Shown: positions 39,956-50,791 of the stretch, one piece after another
Numbering within the stretch: position 1 is the first letter of the stretch
Layout: every line of letters starts with the position of its first letter
Assembly (NCBI GenBank): GCA_951813565.1
Contig: OX638351.1
Coordinates: 4,416,001 to 4,480,000 of the forward strand
Length of the DNA: 64,000 bases
Origin: an uncultured Poribacteria bacterium
GTDB taxonomy: Bacteria > Poribacteria > WGA-4E > WGA-3G
Reading direction: 5' to 3'
Notes under the pieces: model-generated
Database searches by the model: none
What the model saw: only the letters and a program-made list of their open reading frames with translations
Told to the model about the DNA's origin: nothing
Translations under genes and position numbers: made by a program

Positions 39956-40831
39956 ATGGATGAAAAAGAAATTCTTAAAAAGATTCGACGTATTGACATT
40001 TTCACAAATCGGTTGGTGAATACCGTCTTTGCAGGTGAATATAAGAGCATTTTCAAGGGGCAGGGAATCACATTTGATGAAGTAAGAGAATATCAAGATG
40101 GTGATGAAATTAGGACGATCGATTGGAATGTCACAGCACGCATGGGGCATGCCTATGTCAAGAAGTACGTTGAGGAACGCGAGTTAATAATGATGTTGCT
40201 TGTAGATATGAGTGCTTCAACGGCATTCGGCAGTATTCCTGAAACGAAAGCTGAGATTGCAGCAGAAGTTGCAGCACTTCTGGCTTTTTCCGCTATCAAA
40301 AACAATGATAAAGTCGGGTTAATCTGTTTTACTGATACGGTTGAACATTTTGTCGCGCCGCGCAAAGGTAAAAGACACGTTTTGCGTGTTGTTCGCGATA
40401 TTCTCCGTTTTCAGCCGAGTCATTCTGGTACAGATATTGCTGAAGCATTAATATTTGCTGATCAAGTTTTAAAACCGCATAGTGTTGTATTTCTAATCTC
40501 GGATTTTATGGATACTGACTATCAGAGGCAGCTACGTATCACAAGCAAGCGGCATTCACTTATCGCCATTACACTACAAGATCAACGGGAAGTAGAGATG
40601 CCGAACGTCGGTTTAATAGAGTTTGAGGATGCTGAGACTGGTGAGCGAATGGTAGTAGATACACGGTCTGAACAAGCAAGGCAACTATATGCAGAACTCA
40701 ATCAAGAAGCAGATGCAGCACGGCTACAAGCTTTTCGGGCAAGCCAGACTGATTTTATCAATATCCGCACGGATGAGTCTTATGTAACACCACTTATGCG
40801 TTTTTTTCGTCAGCGCGCTGCGCGTGGTTAG
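39956..40831 (+). CDS. DUF58 (vWA-like, MoxR-associated) protein
   Basis: FDEVREYQDGDEIRTIDWNVTAR, YVEERE, VDMSAS, LISDF. Confidence 0.9.
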   Translation: MDEKEILKKIRRIDIFTNRLVNTVFAGEYKSIFKGQGITFDEVREYQDGDEIRTIDWNVTARMGHAYVKKYVEERELIMMLLVDMSASTAFGSIPETKAEIAAEVAALLAFSAIKNNDKVGLICFTDTVEHFVAPRKGKRHVLRVVRDILRFQPSHSGTDIAEALIFADQVLKPHSVVFLISDFMDTDYQRQLRITSKRHSLIAITLQDQREVEMPNVGLIEFEDAETGERMVVDTRSEQARQLYAELNQEADAARLQAFRASQTDFINIRTDESYVTPLMRFFRQRAARG

Positions 40832-40893
40832 GTATTACTTTAATACACCATAGACGATGATTTGGTGCTACGTAGAGGAGAGAATATAGAGTG

Positions 40894-41076
40894 TATCTCA
40901 TAAATCAGATTTTGTTAGGTTCGCTATGTTTTATCTAACGCTTCCTCATATTGTAGGGGCGGGTCCCTGTGCCCGCCCATTGTTCCATCTTCAAGACATG
41001 GCGAGGCACCAAATCAACGGTCCGAATGCCTGATGGCATTCCCCGGGACCTCGCCCTACAAATGATTTATGAGATA
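40894..41076. mobile_element. TATCTCATAAATC-ended element with GTAG REP doublet and a 35-bp mini-insert (41010-41044)
   Basis: Inverted TATCTCATAAATC / GATTTATGAGATA; GTAGGGGCGGGTCCC and GGGACCTCGCCCTAC REPs. Confidence 0.6.
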
Positions 41077-41088
41077 GGTTGTAGTATT

Positions 41089-41859
41089 ATGACTAAACTT
41101 GAGGTCAAGAATTTAACGCATACCTTCATTCAGAAGAACGTGCCACTACCGGTGCTAGACAAGTTAAACTTTTCAGTCGATACAGGGCAATTTGTTGCTT
41201 TGCTCGGTCCTTCTGGGTGTGGTAAGAGTACGTTGTTCAATATCATCTCTGGACTCTTCAAGCCACAAACCGGTGAAATTTATCTCAATGGCAAACGTAT
41301 TCATGGCAATACTGGAGCGTTTGGATATATGCAACAAAAAGACCTTCTTTTACAGTGGCGAACAGTATTAAGAAACGTACTTATCGGACCAGAAATTCAG
41401 AAAGAATCGCTTGTTCAGGTAAAAAAGGAGGCACGCAAACTATTAGCACAGCTTGGTTTGCAAGGGTTTGCAAATAGTTACCCCATGCAACTTTCAGGCG
41501 GCATGCGTCAACGTGTAGCATTAGTCCGTACGCTCCTTTTTCGTAAAAATGTTCTGCTATTGGATGAACCTTTTGGCGCGTTAGACGCAATGACGCGAAC
41601 TGTGATGCAATCGATTCTGTTAGATATTTGGCACAAAGGTGGACAAACGGTATTGCTGATAACTCATGATATAGAGGAAGCACTTCTCCTTGCGGATAGG
41701 ATTTATGTCTTAACTGCAAGACCCGCATCAATAAAAGCGGAAGTAGAAGTCCCATTACCACGCCCCAGAAGCATCACTGATAAAGATTTAATAAACTTGA
41801 AAAGCGAATTATTTGAGATGATGCAAGTAGAAATGCAACAGGTGTTCAATACGAACTAA
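41089..41859 (+). CDS. ABC transporter ATP-binding protein (nitrate/sulfonate/thiamine-precursor type)
   Basis: GPSGCGKST, LSGGMRQR, LLDEPFGALD, ITHD; start set at MTKLEV. Confidence 0.92.
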   Translation: MTKLEVKNLTHTFIQKNVPLPVLDKLNFSVDTGQFVALLGPSGCGKSTLFNIISGLFKPQTGEIYLNGKRIHGNTGAFGYMQQKDLLLQWRTVLRNVLIGPEIQKESLVQVKKEARKLLAQLGLQGFANSYPMQLSGGMRQRVALVRTLLFRKNVLLLDEPFGALDAMTRTVMQSILLDIWHKGGQTVLLITHDIEEALLLADRIYVLTARPASIKAEVEVPLPRPRSITDKDLINLKSELFEMMQVEMQQVFNTN

Positions 41860-41941
41860 CATCATCTACATTCCCTTTTCATGTGGGATGGCTTTGTCCG
41901 TCCAATTGCTCTACTTTTTCACATTTGAAAGGAGACGACTT

Positions 41942-43042
41942 TTGAAACAGAAGTTATATTCTATAGCAATAATTCTTGTATATTTATTTGTCATTTCTAT
42001 GGTTGGATGTGGGGAAGACGATTCCGTCGAATTCCAATCTGTGAATCCAGCTGATGGAAGTACTATTCCTACAGACGCAACTATCACTGTTAATTTTAGC
42101 GGTACACCTCAAAATCTTTCGGTTTCCAAAGGAGAAGTAGTTACTTCTGATAATACCGCCACTATCTCAGGTCCGTTTCCATTAGGAATGCTTGAAATAG
42201 AACTCACTTGGGAAGGTGGAAATCGGAGACTCACTTATACCGTAGATGACCAAGTAGGCGAACCCGTAGTCCCTGAAGGGATGGTTCTAATTCCTGAAGG
42301 AGAATTTCAGTTAGGCAGTGTTAGCGGAGAAGAAGGGAACGTAGAACAATCTGGACATACGGTCTACCTTGATGCATTCTATATGGACAAGTATGAGGTA
42401 ACAAATGCTGAATACAAAAAGTTTGTTGATGCTAACTCGGAATGGCAAAAGGATCGTATTGATAGCAAATTCCATGATGGAAATTACCTTGCAAATTGGG
42501 ATGGAAATACATATCCAAGTGATAAAGCAGATCACCCTGTTGTTTCGGTGAGTTGGTATGGTGCGGCTGCCTATGCAAAATGGGTAGAAAAACGGCTTCC
42601 GACTGAGGCGGAATGGGAAAAAGCTGCACGCGGTGGTGTTGAAGGACAAAAGTATCCATGGGGAAATTCAATTGATGATAGTAAGGCAAACTACAGTCTG
42701 AATGTTGGACATACCGGAAACACGAAGCCTGTAGGTGATTACCCCTCTAACGGATATGATTTATATGATATAGTGGGAAACGTGTTAGAATGGTGTCTTG
42801 ATGCGTATGACAAAGATTTTCATGAAAATCCACCAGATAACAATCCGATTGCTGGCGGCGATAGTATTGCGGAGGTAGTAGATAATTTTGAGAATATTAA
42901 ATCTTCACGCTCAATACGGGGTGGTTCATGGGTCGAGAGCGGGCAACCTCGCGTGTGGATCACTTACCGCCGCGGTAATGAACCCGCGCGGACAAGTCGT
43001 TTGATCGGTTTTCGCTGTGTCAAGCCGGTAACACTTGAGTAG
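41942..43042 (+). CDS. Lipoprotein with Ig-like domain and FGE-sulfatase (SUMF1) domain
   Basis: GGAG RBS with TTG start, lipobox MVGC, YEVTNAEY, RLPTEAEWEKAARGG, GNVLEWC, IGFRC. Confidence 0.88.
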   Translation: MKQKLYSIAIILVYLFVISMVGCGEDDSVEFQSVNPADGSTIPTDATITVNFSGTPQNLSVSKGEVVTSDNTATISGPFPLGMLEIELTWEGGNRRLTYTVDDQVGEPVVPEGMVLIPEGEFQLGSVSGEEGNVEQSGHTVYLDAFYMDKYEVTNAEYKKFVDANSEWQKDRIDSKFHDGNYLANWDGNTYPSDKADHPVVSVSWYGAAAYAKWVEKRLPTEAEWEKAARGGVEGQKYPWGNSIDDSKANYSLNVGHTGNTKPVGDYPSNGYDLYDIVGNVLEWCLDAYDKDFHENPPDNNPIAGGDSIAEVVDNFENIKSSRSIRGGSWVESGQPRVWITYRRGNEPARTSRLIGFRCVKPVTLE

Positions 43043-43062
43043 GTCAGATTGAATACGGATAC

Positions 43063-43953
43063 CTATTCTGCATCAGAATCTTTAATCAATTCAGGCCAAA
43101 AAGAACGTGATTGTCGGTTCATGTTGTCTAACATCTCATAACTTCCCTTCTTACAAAATTCATAGAGTGCTTTTGTAAGCGGTATCTCAAATCCTGATGC
43201 TTCTGCCTCAGCCAGAAAATAGGGTAATTCAGGATATTTAACAATGAGCCTTTTTCCTGCGCCATCTATAATACGTTTGGCAATTTTGTCAAACTCACCG
43301 CGCCAACCATCTCCCACGCCAACAGCATTCCGAATTGCCATCGGCTCCACACCTGCACAGACTCCAAACGCCATGGCTTCCATGTAAGCTGCAGCACCCA
43401 GTCCCATCGCTAATTGATTCACGCCTTTGACGATCTGTCCAGATCCGCTCGGACCACAATATACTACAAATTCTGGTTCACCGAGAACTTCTAAAATCGG
43501 ACAACATTTTTCAACAACCGCTGCATCTCCACCGACAAAAATACGAAGTGTTCCCGTTTCGGAACCTTGGGGCCCGCCGCTTACCGGCGCGTCTATCAAT
43601 GTGGAACCGCTTTTTGATAAAGCTTTTGCTAATTCGCGAGTTCTACCTACTTCAGAAGTGCCTAAGTCTATGAAAATCTGACCATCTTCGGCATTCGGCA
43701 GGAAATACTGCTCAGCTACCTTGAAAAACACATCTGAAGAACGCAAACTGGTGATAACAACATCGCATTCTCTAACGACTTGGGTGGTATCAAGCGTCGT
43801 TTTCGCGCCTATTGCAATCAGTGCTGTACATTTTGCTTCATCAATATCGTTCCCAATGAGTGGATATCCTGCGTAATGGAGGTTTTTAGCCATCCGACTC
43901 CCCATGTTTCCTAATCCAATAAAACCGATAGTTGGGTGTTGTTGTGATTTCAT
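43063..43953 (-). CDS. NAD(P)-dependent beta-hydroxyacid dehydrogenase (3-hydroxyisobutyrate dehydrogenase family)
   Basis: GFIGLGNMG, DAPVSGG, GSGQIVKGVNQ. Confidence 0.9.
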   Translation of the reverse strand: MKSQQHPTIGFIGLGNMGSRMAKNLHYAGYPLIGNDIDEAKCTALIAIGAKTTLDTTQVVRECDVVITSLRSSDVFFKVAEQYFLPNAEDGQIFIDLGTSEVGRTRELAKALSKSGSTLIDAPVSGGPQGSETGTLRIFVGGDAAVVEKCCPILEVLGEPEFVVYCGPSGSGQIVKGVNQLAMGLGAAAYMEAMAFGVCAGVEPMAIRNAVGVGDGWRGEFDKIAKRIIDGAGKRLIVKYPELPYFLAEAEASGFEIPLTKALYEFCKKGSYEMLDNMNRQSRSFWPELIKDSDAE

Positions 43954-44295
43954 AGTATCCTCTTCTGATTCATTCTAAAAAAGTTGTGTTATATACAATC
44001 TGGAGGGTTGTTTTCAAACAAAGAATGCAAGGCAGATTATAGCACCTTAGACAGTGTATAGCAAGAAATTCTGGGTTCACGAAAAACCGTCAACTGCTTC
44101 TATAAGTACTTTTTTCTTGAGTTTTTTATCGTGTGTGCTATACTGCAGAAAATCAGTTTTAAGACAATTTGCATGCGTGAACTTATCCACGTTTCTGCTA
44201 ATCAGTAAGCGTGCTTTGTAAGCATGCTATCAGTAATGTTCAATAATTCAAGCTTACTGTGAATTTGAAAACCCAATAAATGAAAGGCATTAATT

Positions 44296-45276
44296 ATGAT
44301 AGAATGTGCACTAATCAGTGGTAGAGGGATGGGTATGATGCACGGTGGGAATTTCCACAACCATCCAGATGCTAAAGTTGTCGCTGTATGCGAAATGGAC
44401 CCCGATCTTCTTGAAAAAGCGAAAGAACACTTCGGTGTTCCAGGGTATTTATCTATTCAAGAGTTGTTGGCAAACTGTGATCCCGATCTCGTACTCCTAA
44501 TTGTCAATGAAACACGCCGTATCCCGCCATTACGCGAATTGATTGCTGGTGGACAGAATGTGTTCACTGAAAAACCTTTATGTGGACTACAGGGTCAGGC
44601 TACAGTTCGAGAAGCAGACCTTGCCATCGCAGCACATGCTATTTCTGCGTGGCGCGACTCCAACCTCAAATTTGGTATCGACTTCAACTACCGTTTTATG
44701 GAACATTTCAGAAAACTTCACGAAGATGTTGTGGAAGGCAGGTTGGGGGAAATTAAGATGCTCCATGCCCGCGCACACTTCAACTGTTGGTCACACATTA
44801 TAGACCAGATTCTTTGGAGTATGGGTACACCTGAGTGGGTGAGTGTTGTTGGCGATCCAAATGAAGGTGGTGGTTGGAAACGTCTAATTCATATCGGTTG
44901 GGAAAATGGAGTCGTCGGTTCACTTGCCGGTACAAACTTGTGGGGATATGATGACCATCCGCTCCGAGTCAAAATACTTGGTGATAAATCTTACGCGGAA
45001 GCGCGTGGTTTGGACGGATCATACCTACGCCGTAAAGCGAATAATTCAGAAATAGAGGAAAAATGGGAAAACGAACCCGGTAAGCCGGAAATGCCTGAGT
45101 CCTTCAAGAGAATGGCTGACGGCGTAATTAAATCGATGCACGCCGACCAACCGTTTCCCGCAGATGGAGAAGCAGCATGGGCAGAACTTCTGTTTGAAGC
45201 AGCAGTCCATCGCTCCGCTTTGCAGAATGGGGCTCGTGTATATCTTGCAGATGTTGACAAAGCCGCATTTGTATAA
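44296..45276 (+). CDS. Gfo/Idh/MocA family oxidoreductase
   Basis: FTEKPL, FNYRF, HIIDQI. Confidence 0.85.
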   Translation: MIECALISGRGMGMMHGGNFHNHPDAKVVAVCEMDPDLLEKAKEHFGVPGYLSIQELLANCDPDLVLLIVNETRRIPPLRELIAGGQNVFTEKPLCGLQGQATVREADLAIAAHAISAWRDSNLKFGIDFNYRFMEHFRKLHEDVVEGRLGEIKMLHARAHFNCWSHIIDQILWSMGTPEWVSVVGDPNEGGGWKRLIHIGWENGVVGSLAGTNLWGYDDHPLRVKILGDKSYAEARGLDGSYLRRKANNSEIEEKWENEPGKPEMPESFKRMADGVIKSMHADQPFPADGEAAWAELLFEAAVHRSALQNGARVYLADVDKAAFV

Positions 45277-45285
45277 AGGTTTCTG

Positions 45286-45870
45286 GTAGGTTTGGTTTCT
45301 AATCACACCATAGATGTCATTTAGTGTAATATCTCTCTTGTGGGAGGGTTTTGTCCGCCCGATTTTGTGAGACTCAAACTGTAAAATCCAAATCAACGCT
45401 GAATACGCCAAATCAAGAAATCAACGGTATGAATCATGGCGAATGCCATGCGCGCATTCGTCTTTAGTCATTCACCGGGTATGAATGCCTATTGGCATTC
45501 CCCGTATGGTATTCATCCAAATCAACGCAGCATGCGCCAAATCAACGGTATGAATGCCATTTGGCATTCCCCGTATGGCATGCTGCGAGGTTGAAAACCC
45601 GACAAATGCCAAAAAGCGCATTTGGCGTTGATTCACTCCCACAAGAAGGTGTATCCTAAAGTTTACACCTATGGGTAGAGCGAAGCGAAACCCAACAATT
45701 CAACCGTCTTGAGAGTCCTAAAGAGTTGGGTTTCACTTATTTTTTCGGAAATATCGACCTAAAATAGGTCAACAACTTCTCTTTAGGGCCTGTTTTTATT
45801 GTCCATTTCCGTTCTACCCCACCGAATGCCATAGGCGCATTCGGTGTTGATTCCCTACGGGATTTATCAA
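45286..45870. repeat. Intergenic nested palindrome mosaic with many AATCAAC-hairpin units
   Basis: AATCAAC/GTTGATT units near 45390, 45419, 45519, 45538, 45627 and 45846; CATAG...CTATG frame at about 45309-45673. Confidence 0.8.
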
Positions 45871-45905
45871 ACTCACGTTGGTTTTAAGATAAGACATATT
45901 AGCAT

Positions 45906-45940
45906 AAAAAGAAACCTCATGAGCTTTGTAGCGCATGAGG
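45906..45940 (-). terminator. Intrinsic terminator downstream of the HMA genes
   Basis: Reverse strand CCTCATG-CGCTACAAAGCT-CATGAGG followed by TTTCTTTTT. Confidence 0.6.
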
Positions 45941-46020
45941 AAAACAATATCGAAACAAAATTGAAATGAGAACTTTATTGTAAGTGGAGGTATAAAAATA
46001 CCTCCATATTCAAACCAAAA

Positions 46021-46419
46021 TTATTCAATAACTTGTGCAGTAAAGCGGGGATCCGCTTGAACTGCTTGAACCAGAGCTTCAGTATTAACTTTGTCCTTCT
46101 GTACCTTCACAACTGCTTTATTATCGGCTTGAGAAACACTGACAACCTCTGTGACACCTGTAACCTTGGCGAGTGCAGACTGCACTGCGGCGACACAGTT
46201 GCCTCACGTCATACCATTAACTGTCAAACTGATTTCTTCAACAGCAACAGCAACCTTAGCTTCTTCCGTCTGTTCAGTTGCCTCAGTTTCTTGTGCTTGT
46301 TCAGTTGTTTCAGTTTCTTGCGTCTGTTCCGCTGCTTCTTCTGCTGTGTCTTTTTGCTGGTTAGCACATCCGAAGACAACTACCAGCATAACTATGCAGA
46401 TTAATGCTTTTTTTAACAT
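46021..46419 (-). CDS. Predicted selenoprotein: HMA (CopZ/MerP-like) domain lipoprotein 2, GMT-U-GNC
   Basis: Lipobox VVFGC, acidic linker, SLTVNGMT-TGA(46206-46204)-GNCVAAVQSALAKVTGV...DPRFTAQVIE-stop; open frame for 60 codons past the TGA; hairpin at 46172-46186. Confidence 0.85.
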
Positions 46420-46590
46420 TTGATTGATTCCCCTTAATAAGTAGATTTTGCACAATCATCAATAAAATTCCCACGTCTTGTGGGTTATCTTTTCACTGTT
46501 TACCAAATTTATATTGCAAGTTGGGTAAAACCACAAAACATATCAGACGAAGGGATGAAGGGCGAAGGAAACCTCGCCCTTGTCCAATCG

Positions 46591-46974
46591 TTAGTTAGCG
46601 ACTGTTGCCGTAAAGCGTGGATCTGCTTCAACAGCTTTTATCAGAGCAGCGTTTGTAACTTTGCCCTTTTCAACTTTAACGATAGCCTTCTTGGTGGATC
46701 TTTCAACACTGACAACCTCTTTAACACCCGTGACCTTGCTGAGTGCATCCTGCACTGCGGCGGGACACGAACCTCATGTCATGCCCTCCACCTGAAGTGT
46801 CACTTCCTGATAGGCAGCCGGAGTTGGAACCTTTAATGCATCCGCATCCATCGGTTTTTCTTCCGCAGCCATTGTGGTTTCTTCAGCCATTTCAGCTTGT
46901 TGACCGACCATACCACAACCCATCAGAAATACAAAGGTAACGAGAGAAATCAGCGTAAATCTCGCTATATACAT
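46591..46974 (-). CDS. Predicted selenoprotein: HMA (CopZ/MerP-like) domain lipoprotein 1, GMT-U-GSC
   Basis: GGAGG RBS, lipobox FLMGC, TLQVEGMT-TGA(46776-46774)-GSCPAAVQDALSKVTGV...DPRFTATVAN-stop; hairpin at 46742-46756. Confidence 0.85.
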
Positions 46975-47100
46975 CGTTTTACCTCCTTTGTTATTTACAT
47001 AAACCATAATATCATATTTTTAATATTTGTGTCAAGCCTTTTTTCAGCAAATATGTGATTTGTCTAACCATCTACACAAGACTATTATCTTAATTGGACT

Positions 47101-47850
47101 TTATTGCGGCTTTTCTCTGTGGGCATCAAGAAATGGAAATACCTTTTGAATACGTTGAAGCTGCTTGTGAATAGCTGCTGCCCGTTCAAATTGAAGCATC
47201 GCAGATGCACTATTCCGCTTTGCTACGAGATTTGCTTGTACTTTTTCATATTCCCCGTCAAGCAAATTAACGATATTCATTATCATTTCTCTATAGAGTT
47301 CACGCGTAATGAGTGCAGCACAAGGCGCATAACAACGTTTCATGTCGTATTGTAGGCAAGCACGGTAACCGACAAGGGGTGTAATAATTTCTTGGCAAGT
47401 GCGAACCATAAAAATTCGCTGTAAAACATCAATCGCCTCATCGGTCCATCTACGACTTGATAAAGGACCGAAATATCTCGCGTTATCTGCTTGAGGTTCT
47501 GGAACTCTTTCAAGTCGTGGAAAATCTTCATCTACATTGATACGAATATACCATGTTTGAGTGCCATATTTCAGGGCAGAATTATAGGACGGCTGATGTT
47601 GTTTGATTAAACGTGATTCCAAGAAGAGTGCTTCTTGTTCAGATTGGCAAATATGATATCGAACAGAAGTTGTCCATCTAATAAGACGTTTGATTTTAGA
47701 ACGGCGATTTTTAACCTTATGAATGTATGAACGTACACGCTTGCGCAAACATTTCGCCTTACCGATGTACAAGATTTTACCAGAGGCACCGTGAAAAAAG
47801 TAGACACCCGGTTCTGACGGAACGTTTTCTACCATTTCTTTCGTTAACAT
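47101..47850 (-). CDS. GIY-YIG nuclease, UvrC N-terminal-like (Cho-like) with UVR domain
   Basis: PGVYFF, LYIGKAKCLRKRVRSY, QPSYN, CLQYDMKRCYAPC, LQFERAA. Confidence 0.88.
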   Translation of the reverse strand: MLTKEMVENVPSEPGVYFFHGASGKILYIGKAKCLRKRVRSYIHKVKNRRSKIKRLIRWTTSVRYHICQSEQEALFLESRLIKQHQPSYNSALKYGTQTWYIRINVDEDFPRLERVPEPQADNARYFGPLSSRRWTDEAIDVLQRIFMVRTCQEIITPLVGYRACLQYDMKRCYAPCAALITRELYREMIMNIVNLLDGEYEKVQANLVAKRNSASAMLQFERAAAIHKQLQRIQKVFPFLDAHREKPQ

Positions 47851-48209
47851 TTTTTTCCTAACTGTGTTTACGAATGTTTGAATAAATCGTATACTTGATT
47901 AAACATGGTGGGGTGGAAACCTGAAGATGTGAATCTTCTAAAGACAACTTGACACTGTATTTAGTTTCTGCTAAATTACTTTTCAAGAACTATAAAGTTA
48001 ATAGAAGAATTTTTTGTTAATACAGATTTTTGTATTGTCAACTCCAAAAATTCCTTACAACGCCTTTAGCAGCATAGTTTCCTTACGATTCCATAATACA
48101 CCTTTTAATAATGACTACGTTTATAAATTAGAAGTGGTTACAAATTTTCTACATTTTTTGTAAAAAATCCTAATTTTTTTTGTTTTTAACAAATTTTCTG
48201 TATAATTTA

Positions 48210-48590
48210 CTATACTTTGGACAATTTTAGTTGTTTTCGTGAGGTTGGGTTAGACAGAAACATCTTAGAAATAGATATAGTTTTCATATTATGCACCTGT
48301 CGCCCCGCTGGGGCTGAAGCGGGTTGTTTACCGCGTTTCTATACACCTGTCGCTCCACTGGGGCTGCCCAAAAGGTATTTTTGGACGAGTTCTTTCAGCC
48401 AGCAAAATCGCAGAAAATATAAATACTATAAGATGACACCTTAGCCCCAGCGGGGCGATAGGTGTATAGAAGAAGGTAATTGCCGCTGTCTAAAGCCCCC
48501 GCGGGGCGACAGGTGTCCAATATTTTGCTTTGGACACCTAACAGTTTCTCAGCAAGTCCTCGAACAGTATGTAAATTGTCCAAACTATAG
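48210..48590. mobile_element. 381-bp MITE copy 1 (CTATA(C/G)TTTGGACAATTT ends), 9-bp TSD
   Basis: TSD TATAATTTA at 48201-48209 and 48591-48599; four internal CGCCCCGCTGGGGCT-type hairpins. Confidence 0.92.
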
Positions 48591-48619
48591 TATAATTTAG
48601 ACAGAAAGGATAACATTCA

Positions 48620-49474
48620 ATGATGCAATGGAAGCCTACCGCTGAACAGAAAACACAATATGAAACTGAAGGTTATTTTATCCTACGTAACGTTATTACA
48701 GCGGACCTTGCTGCAGAGATGCGTGGTGTAATTCGTAATGTAATTATGTCACCAGAACCTGGAACAAAAGCAGACATTGACCCGATGAATCCTATGGAGG
48801 ATACACCACAAGGGAGGATAGCACGTTACCGTAAATTAGCAAACTTCTGCGTTCAATCACCCCTAATCTGGCACAATGTTCACGCAGGTGAAAAATTGCT
48901 CAACATCGCACGTTATTTTCTCGGTGATGACATCATTGTGAAGTTCAATAGTTGTTTTCTGAAACCCGCTCGCACAGGGAGTGCGACACCGTGGCACCAA
49001 GATAATGGACTCTGGCGCGATGGTGAGACAGAACCATTCAACTTCTGGATGCCGCTTGAACCTGCTACACGAGAGAATGGTTGTATGCAGTTTATTCCCG
49101 GAAGCCACAAGACAGAGATTATTGAACATGTCTTGTATCCTGATAGCATCCACGGAGAATTACCGCGAGAACAGGTCAAGGAGATGGTATCAAAACACGG
49201 CGCACACCATATTGAATTAGATACTGGTGATGTTGTTTTTTGGCATAGCAATATGTGGCACTATAGTCCACCGAATCTGAGTGAGAAAAGTCGTATTGCA
49301 GTTGCTGGTGTCTGGACAAATCCTGAGATCGTCAAAACGAGCAAACGTTTTTGGCAGAACTTCCGCTGGGCAATGAAAAAAGGTGAGGTATGCACCCAAT
49401 TTCCACCAGAACCTATTGTGATGGAAAACGACAATGCAGAAAAACCGAACCCTTTTCTTTCTCTTAAGGAATAA
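48620..49474 (+). CDS. Phytanoyl-CoA dioxygenase (PhyH) family Fe/2OG enzyme
   Basis: TPWHQD, ENGCMQFIPGSH, WHYSPPN...SR. Confidence 0.92.
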   Translation: MMQWKPTAEQKTQYETEGYFILRNVITADLAAEMRGVIRNVIMSPEPGTKADIDPMNPMEDTPQGRIARYRKLANFCVQSPLIWHNVHAGEKLLNIARYFLGDDIIVKFNSCFLKPARTGSATPWHQDNGLWRDGETEPFNFWMPLEPATRENGCMQFIPGSHKTEIIEHVLYPDSIHGELPREQVKEMVSKHGAHHIELDTGDVVFWHSNMWHYSPPNLSEKSRIAVAGVWTNPEIVKTSKRFWQNFRWAMKKGEVCTQFPPEPIVMENDNAEKPNPFLSLKE

Positions 49475-49477
49475 CAG

Positions 49478-50791
49478 ATGCAAAAACCGAACATCGTTGT
49501 TTACCTATCCGATGACCATGGATGGGAATATCTCGGTTGCTACGGAAACGCACACATCCAAACTCCACACTTAGATCGTATTGCAAAGGAAGGAATGCGT
49601 TTTACGCATGCCTTCACACCAACGCCAACCTGCGCACCCTCTCGTTCTACACTTTACACAGGACTCTATCCGGCACGACACGGTGCTATGGGAAATCATA
49701 CGGAATGCCACGCAACACTTGAAACATTACCGAAAGTGCTCAGAAAACTCGGTTATCGTGTAGCGATCGCTGGAAAAACGCATGTAAAACCCGATAAACT
49801 CTTTGATTTTGAATATATCGGTGGATTTTTGCCAAAAAGTGCCGAACATGATCGGAAATACCGAAGAGAAGGGCTTGATACGGCACCAGTTGAACGTTTT
49901 CTCTTAACCCATCAGCAAGAAAATCCAGATCAACCGATCTGTCTGATTCTTGCTGATAGCAATCCGCATGTAACATGGGAGCCGAACAAAATTTATAACC
50001 CTGATGCATTACCCTTACCACCCTATATTGCAGATACGCCTATTGCACGCAAAGCACTTGCCAACTATTATCAGGACATCACGACGATGGATAAACACAT
50101 CGGTGAAGTGGAAAAAATGTTGGAAACACACGGATATGCTGACAACACACTTTTTATTTACACAACCGATCACGGTTCGGAGTGGCCGCATTGTAAATGG
50201 ACTTTATATGATACTGGCATTCGTCTGCCATTCATCGCAAAGTGGCCTGGTGAGATTCCTGCTGCGACCGTCTCCAATGCAATGATTTCGCATGTTGACC
50301 TTTTACCAACCCTTGTAGACGTAGCAGGTGGTGAACCGTCAGGTGATTTAGATGGTAGAAGTTTTAAGGATGTTTTGTGTGGACAACAAACAACTTTTCG
50401 TGATAAAATTTACGGCACGCATACGCGCGATGGAAACATGAATGTCTTCCCGCAACGGTGCGTTCGGGATAGCCAATACAAATATATTTTGAACCTAATG
50501 CCCGAAAATGTCTGGACGACCCATTTTACGCAAGTAGAAGGAATTTCAGAAAGCCATGCCGAAGTTTGGAACAGTTGGGTAGAAAAGGCGAAAAACGACC
50601 CTAAAACTGCTGAACTTGTTTATTTAACTCAGCATCATCCTATTGAGGAACTGTATGATGTAAATGTAGATCCTTACGAATTCAACAATTTAGCATTTGA
50701 AGCAGCGTCGCGCCCGATACTTGAAAGGATGCGCGGCGATGTTTGTCAATGGATGCAATTACAAAATGATGAAGGGAGACGTGAGATATGA
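49478..50791 (+). CDS. Sulfatase (Cys-type)
   Basis: [29 protein letters not shown]. Confidence 0.93.
   Translation: MQKPNIVVYLSDDHGWEYLGCYGNAHIQTPHLDRIAKEGMRFTHAFTPTPTCAPSRSTLYTGLYPARHGAMGNHTECHATLETLPKVLRKLGYRVAIAGKTHVKPDKLFDFEYIGGFLPKSAEHDRKYRREGLDTAPVERFLLTHQQENPDQPICLILADSNPHVTWEPNKIYNPDALPLPPYIADTPIARKALANYYQDITTMDKHIGEVEKMLETHGYADNTLFIYTTDHGSEWPHCKWTLYDTGIRLPFIAKWPGEIPAATVSNAMISHVDLLPTLVDVAGGEPSGDLDGRSFKDVLCGQQTTFRDKIYGTHTRDGNMNVFPQRCVRDSQYKYILNLMPENVWTTHFTQVEGISESHAEVWNSWVEKAKNDPKTAELVYLTQHHPIEELYDVNVDPYEFNNLAFEAASRPILERMRGDVCQWMQLQNDEGRREI

Noticed and set aside
46204..47007. Track ORFs of 83 and 77 aa as complete proteins or nonsense pseudogenes
   Set aside because: The same TGA at the same Cys position in two diverged paralogues, with a conserved downstream frame and hairpin, favours Sec recoding.
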